64,000 nucleotides of DNA from Octopus vulgaris (taxonomy: Eukaryota): assembly GCA_951406725.2 (NCBI GenBank), contig OX597816.1, forward strand, positions 75,826,001 through 75,890,000. The letters run 5' to 3'. Below are positions 1 through 12,248 of the stretch, piece after piece. The notes beneath the pieces were generated by a model. It was not told the origin of the DNA, ran no database searches, and was given only the letters and a program-made list of their open reading frames with translations. Within the stretch, counting starts at the first letter, position 1; each line of letters starts with the position of its first letter. The translations under genes and the position numbers were made by a program.

Positions 1-202
1 GGCAGAATCTGAAAAGTCCCAGTTAAAATAACTTGATGTACTTAATTGTAAAACCATATGTGCCGATTTTAAATCATATCAAAATCAGCTTTGTCTATCA
101 TTCTTCGAGCAACGATAAAATAAGTTTCAGATAAGCAAGTATAAGAATACATATAAATCGGCTGTCTACCCATACTCCACATGAAATGTGAAATTAATAT
201 GA

Positions 203-290
203 GATGATTTGGGCCATGCAGAAATTGGAAGATCTACTTCTTCTCTTGACAAGGACCAAAGCTATCGTAATATTGGAAATCTTTTAACAC
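203..290 (+). repeat. Direct repeat of 1891-1990, putative Penelope pseudo-LTR copy
   Basis: atgatttgggccatgcagaaattggaagatctactt...aaagctatcgtaatattggaaat matches 1892-1985 with an internal indel. Confidence 0.7.
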
Positions 291-510
291 GTTTCTCAGG
301 GTCGACAGCATTTCGATACTTAGCCTGTACACTTTACTCAGATGGAGCAGTTAGTAATGCCCATGGATGTGATCCGTCTTTGCCTGCGGATTTCTTCCAT
401 CTGTGGTCATTGTCCAACCACAGCCACCGTGAACAAAATTTCTGCTGGTATGTCCATCTTGTTGCCTGGGTTCAAATCTAGTGGTTTTGTGTCTAAGATA
501 GAAATCAATC

Positions 511-628
<118 letters not shown>

Positions 629-630
629 TA

Positions 631-845
631 CGAGGGGTGCTGAAAAGTTCCTGGCTTTAGGTAAAAGAAAATACAAGAGGAACAGTTAATTATGATTTTA
701 TTCAGCATATTTCCCTCTCAGATTCACACACTTGTTGTAGCGAGCCTTCAGTCTTTCGAAGCCTTGTAAAAGAACTCGAAAGGTTGGGCCTCCAACTATG
801 CCTTTCGCGATAACTTTAAAGCTAGGAATCTTTTAGCACTCATCG
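631..845 (-). mobile_element. Mariner deletion derivative (MITE-like)
   Basis: TA followed by cgaggggtgctgaaaagttcctggcttta, with an imperfect inverted copy taaagctaggaatcttttagcactcatcg. The minus strand reads QGFERLKARYNKCVNLRGKYAE*, typical of a mariner transposase C-terminus. Confidence 0.85.
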
Positions 846-1589
846 TTTCTGTCTGTCTGTCTGCCTGTCTGTCTGTCTGTATGTCTGTCTGTCTGTCTGT
901 CCGTCCGTCTGTCTGACCGTCCGTCCGTCCGTCCGTCCGTCCGTCCGTCCGTCTGTCTATCTATAGGCAAATAAGTAAATCGATAGACAATGATGTGTAG
1001 GAATTGTTATTATGAGTATAACTGAAAATAATCACGAAGTTTGGTTCTTTAGTATAATGCAAAAGAAATTTGACATTTATGAAGCAGCGATTATATTTTA
1101 GTTATAAAAATAAAATTGTTACATATAGTTATTTTATAAAAGGTAATATGTTTTATTGCATATTTTTTTCAAGTATTGCATTTGATAGCGTTATCTGAAT
1201 ATTACGTTCAAAAATATGTATGTATGTATGTATATATGTATGTGTGTGAGTATGTCTGCATGCTTGTATGTATTATGTATGAAAGTTTGCATGCATGTAT
1301 GTATGTATATGCATGTATATATGTATATACATACATGTGTGTGCATATATATATATAAATCCATACACAGACACACACACACACACACACACATATATAT
1401 GTATATTTGTATATGTAAATATATAAGTATATGAACATGTATGTGTGTACGTACGTATGTATAAATTGCTTTAGAAAACTAGAAACATGATACAAATTTG
1501 AAACAAAAGAGTGAAAACGGTAGTTTTCTCACATATTCTGTTTTAAAATCCAGGACGGGGAACAGAGGCAGAATATTACAGTTACAAGG

Positions 1590-1995
1590 ATTCCAGCTAA
1601 ATATGACGATTGAATGATGAAGCAATACCATACAAAATCAACTGGAAACTGCTGGAACTCATTGGACCATATGTGGCTGGAGGTAGGCTTTGCAAGCTGT
1701 GATTGATGTAGAGGATAATTATTCTAAAAATCCATACTACCAGGTGGCTTTCTTGGAATATTTGGATATTAACCTTATGAACAGAAATTCGATTTGGCAA
1801 TGTGATCGTGCTCATTTTTGAACTAGTGAACGACGTATATTTATATAGGTTCCCCAGCCACACTCTACGCGAAAGGTAAAATAAATATAAAATGATTTGG
1901 GCCATGCAAAAACTGGAAGATCTACTTAAAGATATTGCAGGCTCTTTTCCTGACGAGGACTAAAGCTATCGTAATGCTGGAAATATTTTACCAGG
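1590..1995 (+). mobile_element. Penelope-like element 3' remnant (GIY-YIG C-terminal region plus 3' repeat), pseudogenised
   Basis: Reading through stops gives S*I*RLNDEAIPYKINWKLLELIGPYVAGGRLCKL*LM*RIIILK. This matches the LS.YIW.L...Y.I.W.I....PY..G.R.C.LCL.EK..IL pattern of PLE endonuclease C-termini. A degenerate ctgacga motif follows near 1950. Confidence 0.65.
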
Positions 1996-2847
1996 TAAAT
2001 ATATGTATACGTACATTCATGCCATTTTTTGTTTTGTTATATCAAGTGCAATTAAAATAACTTTGATTCTGTTTCAATTAAAATTTAGATACTCCTTGAA
2101 GTATGTATTATAGAGGTGAGTCTGTGTTCTGTTTGGTCGTATGTACACAATCGACAACCTTTATTTGAATGTCTTAACCCTTATTAAATCACTGTCCTCG
2201 TTTGAGGACAGTTGTATTTGGTTTATTTACTGCAATGAAGGTTAATTGGACATAAAATAGTGCCTGTTGTATTTATTTAACTACTGTATTTGGTTTATTT
2301 ACTGCAATAATGGTTAACTGGACGCTTCTGTATGTTTGTTATCCGTATTTATATAACTATCTTCAAAATTTCGTTAGGGTTAACCTGGGTTAAAATGGAT
2401 TAATATAATAGAAAATCAGTTACATGATCATTGGTTTTCAAACAATAACCTTTATTTAATTTATTCTTTAGCTTTGCAAACTAAAGACTCACTCGTCAAT
2501 TATTTGGTTTTCTGATTGCTGACCAATTTTCGTCGAGAAAAAGGGGCATTTGGATGTTTCATTGTTTATGTGGTGATTAAAGTTAGTAGTGATGTTATTT
2601 AACATTATTCATTTGTTGAGCAGATCTAGCGACCACATGCGAACCCCGCCCTCTCGGCATTGACTTTATTGAAAAAAAAAACATATTCTCATATGGCAAA
2701 TAAGTAGATGTAACAGACAGTATCACCTCTAATAATCACTAATATTTCTCGCAATCGTTAAATCTAATCCTATTGTTATTTCTAATGTTAAAAGTGGTAA
2801 TTGTCCTAAATAAATTAAAATATTTAAAATATTGGAACATCAGGTAA

Positions 2848-3055
2848 GGCAGTGCGCTGACGGAATCGCTAGCACGCCGGACGAAATGCCTCTAAGCAGT
2901 TTGTTTTCAGGTCCTGAGATCAAATTCTTTTGGAATCGGTTTTGCTTTTCATCCTTTCGGAGTTGATAAAATAAGCACCAGTTGAATACTGGTGTCGACG
3001 TAATCGACTTAAAGCCTCTTCGAACTTGCTGGCATTGTGCCAAAATTCGAAATCA
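2848..3055 (+). mobile_element. tRNA-derived SINE, family A (diverged copy)
   Basis: The head gcgctgacggaatcgctagcacgccggacgaaatgc and body gcttttcatcctttcggagttgataaaataagcaccag are homologous to 61949-62330. Confidence 0.85.
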
Positions 3056-3647
3056 ACATTAGAACTTCAGATGTGCAACATTTACATACTACATTTGGGA
3101 TTATACAGAGAATATTAGCCGGAGACCTTCGTCACCATGGTATGCAAATGTGTGAAGCGCCTTGTTATCAACGACCCTACGAGCGTGATTCTATGGAAAT
3201 AGTTTAATTAGTAACTGAAGAGTGAATGATTTCTATCTTTCTCACTGTTTAGTATCCTTGCTCTACTCACTTAATTCCCAAACACCCAACTCCACCTAAT
3301 TGTAAACAACTATTTTACATGGCCACTCTACTTACTAAAATCTTGTCAGCGAAAACCCAAAATATGTGTCTGTACAAACTATCAAGCGAAAATCAAATAA
3401 AAACAATGCAACTAGAGCACAATTGTCTAAACTTTCAACTGGTGGTTTTGATTATCGCAGTAGTGCTCTTGTAATCTAAAATTTTATTGACTACATTGAT
3501 TTCTTTTAGACTATAAATGAATGAATCTGAGAACGTATCTCTGTAGGAATTATGTGAATTCAATAAAGTGGAAATTTATTAACAAGCCAGAAGCTTACTG
3601 AACCATTAAATTTAGCGCAGATCAGACATTACATCTACGTTCTACCT

Positions 3648-3713
<66 letters not shown>

Positions 3714-3779
3714 TAGCTGAAGGTGACCCGCTCTACGCGCGGGTAAGAGTGTGGTTGTTACTTTCTGTTGCTTCCTTTC

Positions 3780-4090
3780 AGCACGTAAAAAGCACCATCC
3801 GAACGTGGCGGATTGCAGTGCCGCCTTGACTGGCTTCTGTGCTGGTGGCACGTAAAAAGCACCAACCGATCGTGGCCGCTGCCAGCCCCCTGGCACCTGT
3901 GCAGGCGGCACGAAAAAAGCACCCACTACGCTCACAGAGTGGTTGGCGTTAGGAAGGGCATCCACCTGTCGAAACACTACCAGATCAGACTGGAGCCTGG
4001 TGCAGCCTCCTGGCTTCCCAGACCCCTGTCAAACTGTCCAACCTGTGGTAGCACGGAAAACGGACGTTAAACGATGCTGATGATGATGAT
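3780..4090 (+). mobile_element. 3' UTR-only copy of the RTE LINE, nested in the Helitron
   Basis: gcacgtaaaaagcacc repeats, gagtggttggcgttaggaagggcatcca and aaaacggacgttaaa(tga)n match the RTE 3' UTR at 9240-9525. Confidence 0.85.
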
Positions 4091-4778
4091 TCTCCCTCTT
4101 TGTTTCTCTCTCCTTTCTCTCTCACTTTCCCACTCTCTTACTCTTCCTTTCTCTCGGACTCTCCCTCGCTTTCTCTTACTCTCTATCTTTATCTATCTCT
4201 CTCCCATTTATAAACAACAAAAGATCTTGAGTAAGTTGAGAAATAAAATATTTAGAAAGATCAATCATAAATATCAGGCAGTTACAAAGGAAAGGTCTGC
4301 TTCAAGACAGACAGCAAAACACTAACATTTAAAAGGGACAGACGAACTTGCGAGCTGAATAAAAATAATAAAATATTGGAAACCAAAGTTTGAAGTGATA
4401 GAATTTGAGGATAGTAGAGTCACCATGGCTGGCATTTCTTAACGACGGACAGCAACGTATTGACAGTTCAACGGCTGGCGTAAAATTTTGAACTTGATGT
4501 AAAAGAAAATCCCTAAAAACCAAGTTTTGACTTGATTCTTTCTCACGACAGTAGACTCACGATGGCAAGCATTCAAAACTTCTTCATCATGGACGGCAAC
4601 ACATTGACGATTAAAAGGCTGGAGCAAATTGTTTAGCTTGATGTAACAGAGAATTGCTAAACACCCGCTCCTTTAAATTTTAATCCCCTTCCAACCCCAT
4701 TTATACCCCTTTTCACCTTTTGGTTAATATAACCCGATTTCATTTGGGTCTACTGGGGCCACATTTTATAAGATGAGG

Positions 4779-4976
4779 ACTCAACCAAGTTTCCCAAGTT
4801 CTGGTCATAGACCATAGAACACTCAACCAAGTTTCCCGATTTCTGGTCATAGACCATAGAACAGTCAAGCAAGTTTCCCGAGTTCTGGTCATAGACCATA
4901 GAACACTCAACCAAGTTTCCCGAGTTCTGGTCATAGACCATAGAACACTAAACCAAGTTTCCCGAGTTCTGGTCAT
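4779..4976. repeat. 42-bp minisatellite, about 4.7 copies
   Basis: Unit actcaaccaagtttcccgagttctggtcatagaccatagaac recurs at 4779, 4821, 4863, 4905 and 4947, with no spacers. Confidence 0.95.
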
Positions 4977-5793
4977 TTGCAGAATAAATAGAGACGGCGG
5001 AGGTGGCAGACGTCGTTGCAATGTAAACATGATTTGTTATAAGAGAAAGATTGTCCAGATTGTGTGTTGGTGGTGTTGGTGGTGGCGATGATAATTATCA
5101 TTAGGAAAAAGAGTGAGTGAGGAAGACATACATAAGTTGTGGCGATGATAATTGTAGACCCCTTTTCACATTTTGATGAAGAGAACCCGATTTCATTCGG
5201 GTGTACTGGGGCCACATATAGGTGTGTGTGTGTGTGTGTGTGTGTGTGCACGCTGTAGAAATTGAATTAGAGATAAAACCACTAATAGGGAAATGAAACA
5301 GTAAAAAACCAAAAACAAAAACATAAAAATAAAAATATAATATTAGATATATGTATATATGTGTGTGTGTGTGTGTGTGTGTTGACAGGTAGACAAAAGA
5401 ATGCGATGGCGATGTAATATTTGTTACTGTCCATGAACGCTGATAGATACATGAGTAAAATGTATAGGAAGGTAAGAGATAGAGTGAGTGAAAATGTTCT
5501 TGGAAGAGAGTAAATAGCTACAGAGTGATTTGAGGAAGACTTTACATTAAATAACGGTAGTTGCATTGTCAAATGAAGAGGAGTGACAGAGTACTGGAGG
5601 AAATAGGGTGAGGTAGGAAGATGGCCCCTAGCAACCACACCTTTTAAGATAGGGATTTCTAAGGTAGCCCACGCGCATCGTCACCTCATTCTACATGTCC
5701 CTGTAAATTTTGGATCGAATCGGACGGGATGTAGTGGCATTGAAAGCGATCCAAGCGGTAAAAACGCAATTCAGTTTTATATATAGAGATATA

Positions 5794-5923
<130 letters not shown>

Positions 5924-6309
5924 ATATATAAATATATATACATTTGCATATATTTTATACCCGTGCGTGAGTATACACATGGAGACTACCACACAGGTAC
6001 AAATGTGTATAGTAAAGAGAGCCCCATCACTACACTCAATGTATACTCTCACCCATCCGCACGGATGTGAAAGCGAATCACCGGTGTATATATTGAGGCT
6101 AATACGTAGCGCTGTTGAGGAGAACGTCGTTGAAATGTGAATGAATGGGTGGAGTTGGGAATTGTAACCGGGTGGTGGGCTAGCGTTGCTTGGAATTGGG
6201 AATGGAATAGTGTAGTAGTAAGGTAGGCATCGAGAATAGACTTGGGTTACTGCAAATTGTTTGTTAGAGCTGCTAAGATGAGCTAAAGCTCATAAATGTA
6301 TATAATAAT

Positions 6310-7972
6310 TTATCATGGTAGTTTTATTAAAGAATCCATTCATAATAAAATTTTTTTAAGTAGTGTTGGTTTGCCACGTGGATATAGTTTTTAGTTCCAT
6401 TTATTCTATTTCTCCATTCATAATTTTAAATGACGTTTACTTTCCATGGCGCGTATTCTTTTTATACATAAGTTATATTTCTATGGTAACGTAATTTTGG
6501 TTTGATTTTTTTAACGGCTAAGAATTTAATTTCACTTCATAATTTGAAACTGACTTGTAAGTATGTATTTTATTTCTCCTTATGTCATATTGTTATTTTT
6601 GATATTCTGGTTAATTACGATGTATTTAATGTTGTTTTTCACTGGAGTGTTTATGTATATGAGATTGTGTGTGAGTTTTTAGTTGTATAATTTATTTATC
6701 TGTATGAGTGTGGGTGTGTAAATATTGTTGTATATATCGAGTTTAGTGAGTATGTATATGCGTATATGTGAGGGAGTATATGTATCTGTTGTGTGTGTGT
6801 GTTTTGCGTGTGTGTGTGTTTGTGTGTGAATGTGTATATGGGTTTGTTATTTAGGTTTTGGGATGTATGTGTTAATTTGTCTGTGTGGGGAGGGAGTGGG
6901 TTTTTGGTGTATATTGAGGTTTATAAGTTAGTATAGGTATGTGTGAGTGAGGTGGGTATTTGTATAAGTCGTGGGTCTGTGGTTACGTGTGTGTATTTGT
7001 GTGTGAATGTTTAGGTTAGGGGGATTGCTATATAGGTTTGTTATAGAGTTTAGCAAAGGGAGATTTTATCGTTATATGTTTTTAAGAGTTTTGGTTTATC
7101 ATGGTTTTTTTAGGGAATTCGTGGTAATTTGTCTATTTTCGATGTTGGTTGTTTTATTACATTGTTTCATTCATAATTTTTGAGTGGTGTTCGTTTTGCC
7201 ACGTGAATATTATTTTTAATTCCATTTATTCCATTTCTCCATTCATTATTTTAAAAGATGTTCGTTTCCAGAGCGGTTATACTTTTTATACATATGTTAA
7301 GTTCCTTGGTAAAGTAATTTTGTTTGGTGTATATGTTGAGGCTTATATGTACTTGTGGGTGTGTGTGAGTGGGGTGGGTGTTTGTATTTGTTATGGGTGT
7401 GTGGTTTACGTGTGTGTATTTGTGTGTGAATGTATAGGTTAAAGGGATTGCTATATAAGTATGTTATAGTGTTTAGTAAAGGGAGGTTTTATCATTTATG
7501 TTTTTGTGAGTTTTAGCTTATCATGGTAGTTTTATAAAAGAATCCATTCATAATTTTTGTGTTTATTTGTCTGTGTGGGGTTGAGTGGGTTTTTGGAGTA
7601 TATGTTGAGGTTTATATGTATGTATAGGTATGTGTAAGTGGTGTGGGTATTTGTATATGTCGTGGGTGTGTGGTTTACGTGTGTGTATTTGTGTGTGAAT
7701 GTTTAGGTTAGGGGGATTGCTATATAGGTATGTTATAGAGTTTAGTAAAGGGAGATTTTATCATTATATGTTTTTATGAGTTTTGGTTTATCATGGTAGG
7801 TTTGTTAAGGAATTCGTAGTAATTTGTGTCTATTTGCGATGTCTGTTGTTTTATTGCATTGTTTCATTCATAATTTTTAAGTAGTGTTCGTTTTACCAAG
7901 TGAATATAATTTTTAATTCCATTTATTCCATTTCTCCGTTCATAATTTTAAGTGATGTCCGTTTCTAGAGCG
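6310..7972. repeat. G/T-biased compound tandem duplications
   Basis: Block X (tttgtctgtgtggg...ttatcatggt) occurs at about 6875, 7320 (partial) and 7565. Block Y (tagtgttcgttttgccacgtgaatat...ttctccattcataattttaa) occurs at about 6355, 7175 and 7870. Confidence 0.85.
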
Positions 7973-8426
7973 TGAATGTGGGTTGTATGTGTGTGTGTGG
8001 GAGTATGAATAAGTATTGTGTTGAAGTATTTAGCTATTTTATTTATTTATAGTTGCCTAGACGTTTTTATGTGTATGTATAGGGATATATATATAGGTGT
8101 GTGATTTAGTGTATGTAGTTAGATATGGTTATATATAATTAGTTATATGTGTATGGGTGTATATATAGTTTATTATTATAGTATTATTATATTTTTTTAT
8201 TTTTTTGTTTTGTTTTATATTTTATATTTTATATTTTATATTTTATATTTTATATTTAATTGTTGATAGGTTTATTTTAGTTTATATATATTGTTTATAT
8301 ATTGATTATATATGGATTATATATAGGTTATATATGGATTATATATTTATATTTTTTCATTAATACTTTAATTATTTTAAAATTATTATTTTATATTTTA
8401 AAATATTGATATTTTAGATTGGAAGT

Positions 8427-8469
8427 CCACCTGAAGATTGTCGATCAAGACAAGAAACAATTGTAGTGG
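8427..8469 (+). ncRNA. Minimal type I hammerhead ribozyme (Penelope pLTR type)
   Basis: ccac-CTGAAGA-ttgtc(gatcaa)gacaa-GAAA-caattg-TA-gtgg. All three stems pair, the core is intact, stem III is palindromic and the cleavage triplet is GUA. Confidence 0.8.
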
Positions 8470-8696
8470 CGGTTTTTTTGACTATTTATTAAAATTTTAT
8501 GTATTGATTAAGTCTTTCCTTGTTTGTTTTGCAAAATAGTGGTTTTGTCTCTAATAATATTTTATATATATATATATATACAACAGTTAAGAATGGAGTA
8601 GATAAGTTGTGTTTTCTATTTACTACGGATTGCTTGAAGCTAACTTTCTTCCTACACTTCGATCCCTGGATTTTATATATATATATACATATACAT

Positions 8697-9522
8697 GCGT
8701 CACGACTATTGAGGACATACGTAGGTGTGAAAGAAATGAAGCTAGTATGATCCGCTGGATGTGTAATGTCAGTGTGCACACACAACAGTGCGTAAGCGCC
8801 CTGAGAGAAATGTTGGACATAAGAAGCATCAGATGTGGTGTGCAAGAGAGATGACTGTGCTGGTATGCCCATGTGCTGCGTATGGATGAGAAGAGCTGTG
8901 TGAAAAAGTGTCACTCCCTAATAGTGGAAGATAGAGCAAGGAAGACATGAGATGAGGTGGTGAAGCACGACCTTCGAACGCTGGGCCTCACAGAGGCGAT
9001 GACAAGAGACTGAGACCTCTGAAGGCATGCTGTAATTGAGAAGACCCGGCAAGTAAAGTGAGATCACAGCCGTAGCCTACACCAGTGTCGCATAACCAAC
9101 CCATTTAAAAAATACTTTTGAATCGTCAGGCGAAACGCCATGCTTGAGGAGACCTATTGAGTCAAGTAAAATCAAAAATCAAAATCAAAATCACAATCAG
9201 AATCTCAATCAAATCGAAATCAAAAATGGAAATTGTAGTTGTGGCCGATGCTAGTGCCGCTTGACTGGCACCCCGTGCTAGTGGCACGCAATAAGCACCA
9301 TTCATGGGTGGATCGTTTCCAATACCACCTGACTGGGTCTCCAGTGGCACATAAAAAGCACCCACTACACTCTCGGAGTGGTTGGCGTTAGGAAGGGCAT
9401 CCAGCTGTAGAAGCATTGTCGGATCAGATTGGAGCCTGGTGAAGCCTCCTGGCTTGCCAGTCTCCAGTCAAACCGTCCAGCCCATGCCAGCATGGAAAAC
9501 GGACGTTAAATGATAATGATGA

Positions 9523-9525
<3 letters not shown>
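8697..9525 (+). mobile_element. 5'-truncated RTE-clade LINE (ORF2 C-terminus plus 3' UTR)
   Basis: RRCERNEASMIRWMCNVSV...LREMLDIRSIRCGVQER*LCWYAHVLRMDE...RKT*DEVVKHDLRTLGLTEAMTRD is a typical RTE post-RT region, with stops. It ends in a (TGA/TAA)n tail. Confidence 0.88.
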
Positions 9526-9612
<87 letters not shown>

Positions 9613-9649
9613 GTATGCATGAATGTATGTATGTATGTATGTATGCATG

Positions 9650-10035
9650 AGAGATGAATATATGGGGGCCGTTTCGCAGCCTCCATCATATAATAATTTT
9701 TATTTTAGTGTTTAATATATTATTTTACATGTCTGCACCAATAAGCACGCTAAACATTGCATTGTAATACTATTACGCATTTACAAATCAATGCAGATAG
9801 AGGAGGCTAGCTCTTTAGATCAGCAGAACATCGTGGGAATGTCAAATATTCAACTCTATAACTGCATTGATTTGTAATTGTACGATAGTATGTGCAATGT
9901 ATAACGTGCATATTAGTGCAGAGAAGTAAAACAAGTTATTACACACTAAAATAAAAATGACTACTACATGATGGAGGCTGCGAAACAGCCACCATTCTAC
10001 GGATATCTAGTAGTGAAATAAATATATTCATCTCT
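9650..10035. repeat. Imperfect inverted repeat (about 150-180-bp arms, about 50-bp spacer)
   Basis: gtttcgcagcctccatcat pairs with atgatggaggctgcgaaac, ttacaaatcaatgcag with ctgcattgatttgtaa, and gagatgaatatat with atatattcatctc. Confidence 0.85.
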
Positions 10036-10326
10036 TATTCATACGTCCTGACTTTTTATATTCCCTCTCAATTTGTATATATATATCTATCACCGTCACC
10101 GTGACCGACCAGACTATCAGATGAATATATATATATATATTATACAAAAGGGCTTAGTAAAATAAATTACTTTGCCACACACTGAACTCATTAGAAATAG
10201 CAGCCAAAAAAGTTTTTTAGCTATTTCTAATACTTAAAGAAAATTTCTCTCAGATAGTGTTTACTCAAAACAACCCACGAAGGCATGGGGGTAAAAACAT
10301 TAAAAAATCACAAGTGCAAAGATTAT

Positions 10327-10383
10327 TTGAGAACGTTACGTTTCTAGATCAGCCAAATAAAATTCGACATTTCTTTCGTCAGC

Positions 10384-10387
<4 letters not shown>
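10327..10387 (-). ncRNA. Type I hammerhead ribozyme motif (imperfect stem II)
   Basis: Minus strand: ttggg-CTGACGA-aagaaatgtcgaattttatttggctgatcta-GAAA-cgtaacg-TT-ctcaa. Stem I has 5 bp and the triplet is GUU. Confidence 0.55.
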
Positions 10388-10430
<43 letters not shown>

Positions 10431-11159
10431 ATAATTAAGGTGGCTAAACGCAATTCAAAACCAAAAAGGAAACAATTTACCGTCACTAAACAGTGACGAA
10501 GGGTTAGGTAGGAATATTATTTAGAATATCTGTACTAACAATGCCTCCTTGTTTCAGTCGGGTTTATGAACCTAATTGAAGTTTTTTTAAATTAGATTTA
10601 TTCTCATGGCCTATCAAAGTGAAATTTCGTTGGCTGCGGTTAAGCGGTGCATTTCTATTGGTTATATTCAAATAGGAAATATTTCTATCTTCACAGATAT
10701 TATTCAGTACATTTCCTGAAGATATTTTATACCTGTTAATGATGTTGATATGAAACGGTTAAAAATAGCTTTATCAATTTCATGTGCGTTCTAATATTTG
10801 TTAGAATGTACTGAGCTTAATTCTTCTGAGGAGATCCATTTAGAGGTTGTTGAAGTTTCTAAATTTTATGCTTTTGTTTTCATTAAAATGGAAAAGGTCG
10901 TTCTCAAAAGGTTGGTGGAGGAATTCATATATTTCAAAATCGAATTTCCTTATTACTGTTTGCTATTCAAAAGGCACTTGAAACAGAGTTTCTCGGTAGA
11001 TGCAGAATACGTATTTATGTATGTATGTATGTATGTATGTATGTATGTATGTATGTATGTATGTATGTATGTATGTATGTATGTATGTATAGGTATATAT
11101 GTATATATATGGGTTAATATAGGGCGTAACAAATATCAGAAAATCAAAAAAAAAATGTG

Positions 11160-11630
11160 TGTAATAGGTGTAAAACAACTTCCTATGAACGAATATGAAA
11201 AAAAAATTCGCGCACGCGAAAGGGGGTGGGGGAGAGGCCTCGGAAAATTCACATCGGGAAGTTCCGAAAGCGTCTGAGGAGCTGACCCGGGCACCAAAAC
11301 AAAAAAAAATAGTTTTATATGTGTAAAACAACTTGCTCTAAACGAATATGATAAAAAAAAAATGCGCTCTCGCGAAAGAGGGGTGGGGGAGAGGCCTCGG
11401 AATATTTATATCGGGAATTTCCGAAAGCGTCTGAACCGGGCACAAAAACAAAAACAAAAACAGCGTAATAGGTGTAAAACAACTTGCTCTAAACGACTAT
11501 CATGAAAAAAATGCGCGCTCGCGAAAGGGGGGTGGGGGAGAGGCTTCGGAAATTTCACATCTTCAGTCCACGGCCTTTAAACTAAGAAAAAATAGTGTAA
11601 TTGGTGTAAAACTACTTGTTCTAAACGAGT
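11160..11630. repeat. About 155-bp tandem repeat, three full copies and a partial fourth
   Basis: gtaataggtgtaaaacaacttgctctaaacga...cgcgaaagggggtgggggagaggcctcggaa recurs near 11160, 11315 and 11465, and partially at 11597. Confidence 0.9.
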
Positions 11631-11894
11631 ATCAAGAACACACACTCACACATGAATCATAAACTCCGTATTTCGCAAAAAAAAAAAAATAAAGAGAAGA
11701 AATTCTGGAAAAAGTGAAGAAATGTTGGATCTCCGCCATGTGAATCAAAATACGTGTCAGAAACATCTTGAAATACTACAGAAATTATGTTACGAAAATG
11801 ATAATGTATACATACCTCTTTGAGTGGTCCATCGATAATGATGATAAATTATTATTCATAATATCTTATATAAATTTATACTAAGATATCTTGT

Positions 11895-12248
11895 TTCAAG
11901 TTTTGGACTGGGACCATGCTGGATTACTGTCTTGAAGGGTTTTAGTCGAACAGATGTCCCTAGTACTCTTTTTTTTTGCTATTGTCTGGTACTAATTCTA
12001 ACGGCAGCTTTTGCCCAACCGTTATGTTAGGGAGACGTAATACCTATTAAGCGGTGATACTGTGGACACACACACATACATACACACACAGCGGGTCTAT
12101 ATAGTTTTCATCAATCGAATTGTCTCACAAGTCATTGACTGACTCTGAACTACAATAGAAGACACTTGCCTTAGGTGCTCCGCTGGGGATGGAACCTGAG
12201 ACCACGTTGTGGCAAAGCGAGCTTCTTAACCACATAGGCATGCCTGTA
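11895..12248 (-). mobile_element. tRNA-derived SINE, family C (diverged)
   Basis: The head region (gaagacacttgcc.aggtg...gaacc.gaaccac) recurs at 21735-21870. The 3' region recurs at 42866-43085 and 59878-60050. Confidence 0.75.

Larger units (their letters stand above)
3713..5789 (-). mobile_element. Non-autonomous Helitron, both ends intact, inserted in (TA)n
   Basis: The minus strand starts TCTCTATATATAAAAC. It ends with hairpin ACCCGC-gcgtaga-GCGGGT (3726-3744), a 9-nt spacer and CTAG (3713-3716), and sits between A and T. Confidence 0.8.

Noticed and set aside
1554-1994. 441-nt segment bounded by cag| and |gtaaat, resembling a coding exon
   Set aside because: It has stops in all three frames and is better explained as a Penelope remnant.
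4779-4976. 42-bp repeats resembling a CRISPR array
   Set aside because: The units are contiguous with no unique spacers, there are no cas genes, and the context is eukaryotic.
9961-10015. tgatg...gcgaaac as a hammerhead
   Set aside because: There is no CUGANGA, and the GAAA lies in a hairpin loop rather than at the junction.
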